This document shows, piece after piece, positions 1 through 5,338 of a stretch of 64,000 bases of DNA. This DNA is from a virus: positions 1 to 64,000 of the IMG/VR virus record IMGVR_UViG_3300034107_000136; one strand, written 5' to 3'. Under the pieces are notes generated by a model. That model saw only the letters and a program-made list of their open reading frames with translations, did no database searches and had not been told where the DNA came from. Position numbers and translations under genes: made by a program. Positions within the stretch are counted from its first letter, which is position 1, and the number at the start of each line of letters is the position of its first letter.

Positions 1-151
1 GATCAAACGCACTGTTGTCACGCTTGAGCGAATGGCACAAGGTATCAAGCACCATGTTAAACATATCCATTGCTGCCTCGCCGTGATAGATGGCATAGTT
101 CCAGTCAATGGCTAGATCGGCTGCCAGAGTTACATAGTCTTTGCGGCTCAT
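1..151 (-). CDS. Small hypothetical protein, runs off the window (MSRKDYVTLAADLAIDW...KRDNSAFD)
   Basis: Manual translation; GAAAGG SD; array promoter at ~191. Confidence 0.8.
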   Translation of the reverse strand, partial: MSRKDYVTLAADLAIDWNYAIYHGEAAMDMFNMVLDTLCHSLKRDNSAFD

Positions 152-223
152 TTTGTGCCTTTCATTAGGTGATGACGTAAGTCTAACACGGGGGTGTGAC
201 ATTGGCCCGGGGCGGGGGGACGC

Positions 224-412
224 CTAAGCGTCCCACCCAAATAGATGACCTTCCATAGCGGCATCCTCAGCAAAGATATCGCCTTGGGGCCAAGGGTCTT
301 CCTGCTCATCAGCATCGGCCTCATCGGACCAAGTGTCCTCAGCGTGATCGCCATAGTCTGCCCACACGTCGGCATCGGCAACGGTTTCGGTATCCCACAG
401 GGTGCTGAACAT
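224..412 (-). CDS. 62-aa highly acidic protein (DNA-mimic candidate)
   Basis: 20 D/E, 0 K/R, 5 W; GAAAGG SD; promoter at ~451. Confidence 0.8.
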   Translation of the reverse strand: MFSTLWDTETVADADVWADYGDHAEDTWSDEADADEQEDPWPQGDIFAEDAAMEGHLFGWDA

Positions 413-562
413 GGTGTTCCTTTCATCGAAGTTAGCGTAAGCGTATCACGAGGGTCTGACATTGCGGCCCGGGCTGTTCGGTGTTCGGTATTGACCGAAC
501 AGCAGAACGGCAGTAAAATACTGGTCCATACATAAAGCGATAATACAAGAAAACACCCGGGC

Positions 563-751
563 CTAGTGCCTCCCGCAATGGGCATGGCCCTTTCGGCACT
601 CAAAGAAATCAGATGAGTAGTCTTCCTCATCAATGCTCTCAGGCATGGTGGCCTCAGCAGGGTAGAGATAGGAGCAACCCTTCTCAGCATAGTTCCAAGC
701 GGAACCGCAGACGCATCCAAACGATGCCTTGTCTAGGTGATGAGCGAACAT
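563..751 (-). CDS. 62-aa Cys/His-rich protein ending DFFECRKGHAHCGRH
   Basis: ATG 751 with CAACGAAAGG SD (the track start at 883 runs through the promoter); C-terminus paralogous to 3366-3476 and 3728-3838. Confidence 0.8.
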   Translation of the reverse strand: MFAHHLDKASFGCVCGSAWNYAEKGCSYLYPAEATMPESIDEEDYSSDFFECRKGHAHCGRH

Positions 752-815
752 TTTGTACCCTTTCGTTGAACGTAACGTAAGCCTATCACAGGGGTCTGAC
801 ATTGGCCCGGGTGGG

Positions 816-974
816 CTATGGTAGCCCCACCTCCTTGGCAAAGGCATACGCCTGCTTATAGGTGGCAAACATACGGATTTCACCCGTGTCCACGTTCATC
901 ACATCCCAAGGGGTTTCAAGCACGAAGCAGCCAAAAGAGACAGCAAGGCCATTGACAGGGACACCGTACCACAT
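816..974 (-). CDS. 52-aa hypothetical (MWYGVPVNG...MFATYKQAYAFAKEVGLP)
   Basis: Manual translation; GGAGG SD; stop next to CCCGGG 806. Confidence 0.7.
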   Translation of the reverse strand: MWYGVPVNGLAVSFGCFVLETPWDVMNVDTGEIRMFATYKQAYAFAKEVGLP

Positions 975-1048
975 AATTCCTCCAAAACTGGGATGCTTAT
1001 GTGGTCATCATAACACGGGGGTCTGACATTGCGGCCCGGGCGGTACTC

Positions 1049-1195
1049 CTAGCGGAGATACCAAGGGTCGTCTTCAGGGGTAGAGGTCACGCGGGTGAGG
1101 CGATTCTCATCAAGGGTATCAAAGTCAAGGTCGGCCATAGCCTGAACGATGGAGAGGAAGTGCTCGTCGTTTGCGTCTGCAAATGTTGTTGTCAT
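1049..1195 (-). CDS. 48-aa acidic leaderless protein (MTTTFADANDEHF...EDDPWYLR)
   Basis: ATG 6 nt after TATGAT; stop before CCCGGG 1035. Confidence 0.7.
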   Translation of the reverse strand: MTTTFADANDEHFLSIVQAMADLDFDTLDENRLTRVTSTPEDDPWYLR

Positions 1196-1277
1196 GGATT
1201 GATCATAGCATTGGGGTCTGACATTGTAAAGTCATAACGTAAGATGGACAGGAGCAAGGGTGCCCGGGGCGTGCTGG

Positions 1278-1460
1278 CTAGTGCCAGCCACAACCGCATA
1301 GGTCATAGTGCTCAGCATAGTGGGCGAGCGAACCCCAGTCAGGGGCAGAGAAGAAATCGGCAGGCGAGGTAGCGCACTGCATGGTAGGCTGGTCCTCGTC
1401 AATGATGGCGAGGTAGCCAAAGTGCTGCACCGTGGCTGCGTGCGCGAGAGTGAAGGTCAT
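1278..1460 (-). CDS. 60-aa hypothetical (MTFTLAHAA...DLCGCGWH)
   Basis: CAACGAAAGG SD; promoter at ~1498. Confidence 0.75.
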   Translation of the reverse strand: MTFTLAHAATVQHFGYLAIIDEDQPTMQCATSPADFFSAPDWGSLAHYAEHYDLCGCGWH

Positions 1461-1564
1461 GGGGGTTCCCTTTCGTTGGTTAGCCATAGCGTACCACGGG
1501 GGTCTGACATTGAGTGGTCTTAACGTAAGCACGCCTCAGAGCAAGCGCCCCGGGCCTAGCAAGT

Positions 1565-1690
1565 CTAAAGATCAGACTTGTCTAGGATCTCATAGTCCTC
1601 AGGGACAGCCTTGGAGTAGACGAACTCCAGAGCAGCGTCACGGCTGCTGAAGGACTTGACGAAGCGGGTCAAGTGGTAGACGCGGTACAT
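1565..1690 (-). CDS. 41-aa hypothetical (MYRVYHLTRFVKSFSSRDAALEFV...)
   Basis: GAAAGG SD; promoter at ~1734. Confidence 0.7.
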   Translation of the reverse strand: MYRVYHLTRFVKSFSSRDAALEFVYSKAVPEDYEILDKSDL

Positions 1691-1761
1691 GGGCGTTCCT
1701 TTCGTAGGTTTCTTATAGCGTAAGCGTACCATAGGGGTCTGACATTACCCGGGCCTTTCGG

Positions 1762-1902
1762 CTACTTGAAAATGGTCCCAGCGGTCAGCATCTCATAGCC
1801 GCAGGTTGAGCAGCGCAGCATGTAGCCCGTGATGAAATTCTCAAGGGTGTGGAAGCAAGAGTCGTTGCCAAGGGACAGGGGCGGGAGCGTCAATGTGATC
1901 AT
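1762..1902 (-). CDS. 46-aa leaderless zinc-ribbon-like peptide (CFH...CSTC)
   Basis: ATG 6 nt after TAGGCT. Confidence 0.7.
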   Translation of the reverse strand: MITLTLPPLSLGNDSCFHTLENFITGYMLRCSTCGYEMLTAGTIFK

Positions 1903-1948
1903 GGCGTAAGCCTATCATAAGGGTCTGACATTGGCTGGCCCGGGCCTC

Positions 1949-2101
1949 CTAGTAGAGGGTTTCAAAGATGCGATAGCCTGAACGATCAGGGAAGGAAATC
2001 TTGTTGGTAGCCAAGGCGTTTTCAGCCTCAGCCCTAGTCTTGAAGGTAGCGTAGTTGGTAGCGTTGGAACGGGGGGACAGGATTTCGTAGATGATGATCA
2101 T
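1949..2101 (-). CDS. 50-aa leaderless protein MIIIYEILSPRSNATNYATF...
   Basis: Paralog of 3019-3165; ATG 7 nt after TAAGGT. Confidence 0.8.
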   Translation of the reverse strand: MIIIYEILSPRSNATNYATFKTRAEAENALATNKISFPDRSGYRIFETLY

Positions 2102-2143
2102 AAGGTATACCTTAGCATAGGGGTCTGACACTGCCCGGGGCAC

Positions 2144-2206
2144 CTAGAACAGGTGAATGTTACTAAGTGCCACCACAACTATGATCACTAGGATAAGGAT
2201 ACGCAC
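2144..2206 (-). CDS. 20-aa hydrophobic peptide (VRILILVIIVVVALSNIHLF)
   Basis: GTG overlaps the upstream TAG; GAGGAGG SD; stop before CCCGGG 2134. Confidence 0.55.
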   Translation of the reverse strand: MRILILVIIVVVALSNIHLF

Positions 2207-2364
2207 TATACCTCCTCAAAATGATAGGTCAGCCAGTCGCGGTCACGGCAGTTCAACTTATTCAGGTGAAGGCCAGCGGCAATCTGAGCACCGCGAAGGG
2301 TGCGGTACTCACCAACGGTGATGACGGGGGCGTGGTGGATGCTGGTGTAAGTAACTTTGATCAT
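2206..2364 (-). CDS. 52-aa leaderless protein (MIKVTYTSIHH...WLTYHFEEV)
   Basis: ATG 6 nt after TAGTCT. Confidence 0.7.
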   Translation of the reverse strand: MIKVTYTSIHHAPVITVGEYRTLRGAQIAAGLHLNKLNCRDRDWLTYHFEEV

Positions 2365-2406
2365 AACGTAAGACTAGCATGGGGGTCTGACATTGACCCG
2401 GGCCTC

Positions 2407-2547
2407 CTACACCTCCATGCATTCGCAGAGGATGCAGATGCCAGTAGCCATCTCCCAGCCCTCTAGGCTATCTTTGCACACCGTGCAGCGTGCGTGGGTG
2501 GTGGGCACAAAATCAGTGTCCATCTCGAAGTCGATGTCAATGCTCAT
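2407..2547 (-). CDS. 46-aa CxxC-CxxC zinc-finger-like peptide (CTVC...CILC)
   Basis: CAACGAAAGG SD; promoter at ~2592. Confidence 0.75.
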   Translation of the reverse strand: MSIDIDFEMDTDFVPTTHARCTVCKDSLEGWEMATGICILCECMEV

Positions 2548-2617
2548 CGGGGCATCCTTTCGTTGGTGTCTTATAACGTAAGACTAGCAGAGGGGTCTGA
2601 CATTCCCGGGTTGCCTC

Positions 2618-2767
2618 CTACCACATCCACCCCGTGTACTTCTCCCAGTCAGCGAGGGTCATGACCCCCTTGTATTCACCGCAGAGGTAGCAGACCTTGC
2701 CGTCAGGCACCACCTCATCGCAGTAGCAGCAAACGAACTCTGGCATCTCAATCTCGGTGATCATCAT
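2618..2767 (-). CDS. 49-aa leaderless CxxC-CxxC peptide (MMITEIEMPEFVCCYC...CYLC...)
   Basis: ATG 6 nt after TACGAT. Confidence 0.75.
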   Translation of the reverse strand: MMITEIEMPEFVCCYCDEVVPDGKVCYLCGEYKGVMTLADWEKYTGWMW

Positions 2768-2773
2768 ACGATG

Positions 2774-2797
2774 ATCGTAGCACAGGGGTCTGACATT
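2774..2797 (-). promoter_or_regulatory. Representative array promoter AATGTCAGACCCCTGTGC-TACGAT (extended -10), leaderless ATG 6 nt downstream
   Basis: Same geometry across the units. -10 variants include TAGACT, TACGAT, TATGAT, TAAGAT, TAGAAT, each preceded by TGn. Confidence 0.8.
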
Positions 2798-2806
2798 GCC
2801 CGGGGC

Positions 2807-2974
2807 CTAGCGCACCTCCCAATCAGAGAGGGGGGCGAGGCGCTCATTGGAATTGAGGTAGAGGTCCATCAACTCCAACTCCATAGGGGTGAGGTAGGGC
2901 ACTGAGAATGAGGGGGGTGCATCCCACGCGGCAGGCATAGCAGGGGCAAGGGCTGGGGTTTCGGTGATCATCAT
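2807..2974 (-). CDS. 55-aa leaderless Pro-rich protein (MMITETPALAP...DWEVR)
   Basis: ATG 6 nt after TACGAT; TAG 2 nt from CCCGGG 2799. Confidence 0.7.
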   Translation of the reverse strand: MMITETPALAPAMPAAWDAPPSFSVPYLTPMELELMDLYLNSNERLAPLSDWEVR

Positions 2975-3018
2975 AGATTGATCGTAGCATAGGGGTCTGA
3001 CAGCCGACCCGGGCCTTT

Positions 3019-3165
3019 CTAGTAGAGGAATTGGAAGATGCGGTAGCCCTGCATCTCTGGGAAGCGGGTAGGGTCAGCCAGAGCAGCCTTGGCCTCAGCC
3101 AGAGTTCTGAAGGTGGCATAGTTGGTAGCCTTGGGACGGGGGGACAGAATCTCGTAGATGATCAT
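3019..3165 (-). CDS. 48-aa leaderless protein MIIYEILSPRPKATNYATF...
   Basis: Paralog of 1949-2101. Confidence 0.8.
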   Translation of the reverse strand: MIIYEILSPRPKATNYATFRTLAEAKAALADPTRFPEMQGYRIFQFLY

Positions 3166-3203
3166 AAGATCATCGTAGCAGAGGGGTCTGACATCGCCCG
3201 GGG

Positions 3204-3323
3204 CTACTCAACGCACCCCCCGCAGTAGTCCCAGAAGCATAGGATGCGGTACTGCTCGCAGATGTAGCAGACACCCATGAGGGGCATAGGGCCAATGACT
3301 GGACGTTCTTTGGAGATGATCAT
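3204..3323 (-). CDS. 39-aa leaderless CxxC-CxxC peptide (CYIC...CGGC)
   Basis: ATG 6 nt after TACGAT. Confidence 0.7.
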   Translation of the reverse strand: MIISKERPVIGPMPLMGVCYICEQYRILCFWDYCGGCVE

Positions 3324-3365
3324 ACGAGCATCGTAGCATGGGGGTGTGACACTGGCCCGGGCCTC

Positions 3366-3476
3366 CTAGTGCCTCGCGCAGAATGCGTGGCCCTTGCGGC
3401 ACTCAAAAAAGTCAGGCGAGTAGTACTCGTCATCAAGGGTAGTAGGGACATGGGCTACGTTCTCATTGATCATCAT
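3366..3476 (-). CDS. 36-aa leaderless peptide ...YYSPDFFECRKGHAFCARH
   Basis: Paralog of 3728-3838 and of the 563-751 C-terminus. Confidence 0.8.
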   Translation of the reverse strand: MMINENVAHVPTTLDDEYYSPDFFECRKGHAFCARH

Positions 3477-3517
3477 AAGAGTATCTTAGCATGGGGGTCT
3501 GACATTGCCCGGGGTGC

Positions 3518-3658
3518 TCAGGTACACATGACGCAGTAGTCGTCACGGTAGGAGCCTACTACCTCAAAGTCACATCCGCAACCTGTGGAGCAATCCGCTG
3601 CGTAGGTGTAGACGGTGTTGAAGGAATGGTCCCAGATGCCGATCTCGGTGATTGTCAT
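3518..3658 (-). CDS. 46-aa leaderless Cys-rich peptide (CSTGCGC...CVMC)
   Basis: ATG 6 nt after TACGCT. Confidence 0.7.
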   Translation of the reverse strand: MTITEIGIWDHSFNTVYTYAADCSTGCGCDFEVVGSYRDDYCVMCT

Positions 3659-3702
3659 AGCGTAAGCGTAGCAGGGGGGTCTGACAATCGACCCGGGCGC
3701 CC

Positions 3703-3729
3703 AAAAGGTGTTGGTACGCAACAACTTTT
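3703..3729. terminator. Inverted repeat AAAAGGTGTTG-gtacg-CAACAACTTTT
   Basis: Overlaps the stop of 3728-3838; near copy at 4074-4100. Confidence 0.5.
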
Positions 3730-3838
3730 AGTGCCTAGCGCAAAAGGCATGACCTTTGCGGCACTCGAAGAAATCAGGAGAGTAGTACTCGTCCTCATCA
3801 AGGGTAGTAGGGGCAACGACTGCGTTTTCTTTGATCAT
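3728..3838 (-). CDS. 36-aa leaderless peptide ...YYSPDFFECRKGHAFCARH
   Basis: Last 21 aa identical to 3366-3476 with synonymous codon differences. Confidence 0.8.
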   Translation of the reverse strand: MIKENAVVAPTTLDEDEYYSPDFFECRKGHAFCARH

Positions 3839-3949
3839 GGATTCATTCTAGCAGGGGGGTCTGACATTTGGGGGGGCATACAGACCTTCTTATGTAACGG
3901 TTGGGTAACGGTTGCCCGGGGCCTGAGGGTGGTCGCCCACCCCTAGGGG

Positions 3950-4030
3950 TTACTCGCTCCACATGCACGCGAGGGCAAAGACGCCGAGGGTGAAGGAAGC
4001 GAGGGCAAGTACCGCAACTGTGATCATCAT
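3950..4030 (-). CDS. 26-aa leaderless single-TM peptide (MMITVAVLALASFTLGVFALACMWSE)
   Basis: ATG 6 nt after TACGAT. Confidence 0.65.
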   Translation of the reverse strand: MMITVAVLALASFTLGVFALACMWSE

Positions 4031-4073
4031 AGATTGATCGTAGCAGAGGGGGCTGACAGTCGGCCCGGGGCCG

Positions 4074-4100
4074 AAAAGTTGTTGGTATGCAACAACTTTT
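4074..4100. terminator. Perfect 11-bp inverted repeat AAAAGTTGTTG-gtatg-CAACAACTTTT
   Basis: Lies downstream (minus strand) of the putative ncRNA. Confidence 0.55.
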
Positions 4101-4312
4101 TGTGTGGCCTGATCTCTAATCAGGTCTAGGTTTATTTGCTCTTGCGAGGCTCACCCTAGAGGTGGTCGATAAGTAGATAGAGAACAGTAACTGGCTGCCA
4201 GAGTTGGTCCTCATCATGAGCCTGACTTTTTGGGAATTGCAAAGGGTGGGGCTGGGGTTGCCAGACGTGTCCTTTGCTCCTGTGGTTCGGTTACTGCTCT
4301 CTATTTACTTAT
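4100..4312 (-). ncRNA. Putative structured non-coding RNA
   Basis: Promoter TTGCAT-17-CATAAT with the TGTCAGAC box in its spacer; 23-bp inverted repeat 4290-4312 / 4169-4191; internal stems; no SD-led or leaderless ORF. Confidence 0.6.
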
Positions 4313-4427
4313 AGAACTATTATGACATAGGCGTCTGACAGATGCAAGTTTTGGAGGGTTTTTCGGGATGATTAGAATCACATCGTAGGTACTTGACAAA
4401 TGGCTGCTGGAGGCCCGGGGCACCTCC

Positions 4428-4496
4428 CTAGAAGAGATGAACTTGCGTGGCAATAAGAAAAACCGTTGCTACGCAAAGGGTTATCGCTGCCCACAT
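4428..4496 (-). CDS. 22-aa hydrophobic peptide (MWAAITLCVATVFLIATQVHLF)
   Basis: GGAGG SD; second cistron after 4499-4693; ends HLF like 2144-2206. Confidence 0.55.
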   Translation of the reverse strand: MWAAITLCVATVFLIATQVHLF

Positions 4497-4498
4497 GC

Positions 4499-4693
4499 TC
4501 AACCTCCGAGGGTAGAGAGGTGAGCAACAATAGCACGACCATTGTCAGTACGTCGCTTGAATCCTGTAGACCCTTGCTCACCATACTGAATGTCATAGTA
4601 CTTATCTGCAAGCATGGCTACCCCGAAGGTAGAGAGCCAAGACAGTGCAAAGACAATAAGGGCAAAGAGCGAAACACCTGTATAGACGTTCAT
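4499..4693 (-). CDS. 64-aa protein with N-terminal TM helix
   Basis: CAACGAAAGG SD; promoter at ~4733. Confidence 0.75.
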   Translation of the reverse strand: MNVYTGVSLFALIVFALSWLSTFGVAMLADKYYDIQYGEQGSTGFKRRTDNGRAIVAHLSTLGG

Positions 4694-4747
4694 GATGTGC
4701 CTTTCGTTGTTGTTATGGTGCTAGCCTAGCAGGGGGGTGTGACACTC

Positions 4748-4897
4748 CTAGTGGAGGGGCCATTCCTCAATCATGAAACCCTCACTGCTATAGATTTCCT
4801 CTGAGGCTATAGCCTGCTCCATCCATGCTTGGGCTACCTCGCGTGATGCGAACATACGGATGGGGCCATCCCACATTTCAGATACTGAGTAGATCAT
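4748..4897 (-). CDS. 49-aa hypothetical (MIYSVSEMWDGPIRMFASREVAQAW...)
   Basis: CAACGAAAGG SD; promoter at ~4943. Confidence 0.75.
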   Translation of the reverse strand: MIYSVSEMWDGPIRMFASREVAQAWMEQAIASEEIYSSEGFMIEEWPLH

Positions 4898-4958
4898 TGT
4901 CTTGCCTTTCGTTGATTGCTTATTAGTTAGAGTCTAGCAGTAGGGTGTGACAGTGAGG

Positions 4959-5087
4959 CTAGCGGGTAGCCTGTGAGCACCAAGCGCACACACCATGTGC
5001 GTCAGTACGATGCCAGCCGCTAGGGGCTACCGTGCAAGCGACACCCTTCGGTGCGGTGCGGGCCTCAAGTGCGAACGATGAAATCAT
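4959..5087 (-). CDS. 42-aa Cys/His peptide (C..H..H..CAWC)
   Basis: CAACGAAAGG SD; promoter at ~5140. Confidence 0.7.
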   Translation of the reverse strand: MISSFALEARTAPKGVACTVAPSGWHRTDAHGVCAWCSQATR

Positions 5088-5338
5088 TTTCTTGCCTTTC
5101 GTTGTGTTTCCGTTTTTCCTTATGACGAAAGTCTAGCACGGGGGTCTGACACTTTTGACCATTTCAGGGCTTATTTTGAAATTCTTTTTTGTGGGCTACA
5201 TCACATGTGTGCGGTCTATTTTGGGCTTGACATTGCTTCAAAAGTGCGTATCGTACACCTCTAACATAAATTGTACTTTTAAAATATTTAAAGTTTAAAA
5301 TTTAATAAATCAAAATATATATATGGTATAATTTTAAA

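Larger units (their letters stand above)
1..5160 (-). repeat. Array of 23 promoter/micro-gene units with CCCGGG junctions
   Basis: Plus-strand GGGGT(C/G)TGACA(TT) box near 191, 451, 791, 1017, 1213, 1498, 1734, 1921, 2120, 2381, 2592, 2785, 2992, 3183, 3340, 3493, 3674, 3854, 4048, 4330, 4733, 4943, 5140. CCCGGG at 206, 468, 556, 806, 1035, 1263, 1549, 1748, 1939, 2134, 2397, 2605, 2799, 3008, 3197, 3356, 3508, 3692, 3915, 4064, 4414. Confidence 0.95.

Noticed and set aside
4169-4312. Retron or diversity-generating retroelement
   Set aside because: No reverse transcriptase in the window and no adenine-specific TR/VR pair noticed; kept only as an unclassified structured RNA.
148-4729. Longer track ORFs across the array (148-720, 245-535, 1001-1237, 2844-3119, 3208-3402, 3626-3946, 4378-4611, 4466-4729 and others)
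   Set aside because: They cross promoter boxes and junctions or lie antisense to better-supported micro-ORFs; the recurring GSDI and MSDP peptides are just the repeat translated.
1-5160. CRISPR array
   Set aside because: Inter-repeat segments are about 150-400 bp and encode ORFs, the repeats are degenerate and promoter-shaped, and no cas genes are present.
1-5160. Classical integron attC array
   Set aside because: No RYYYAAC...GTTRRRY attC structure and no integron integrase; each unit has its own promoter-like element.
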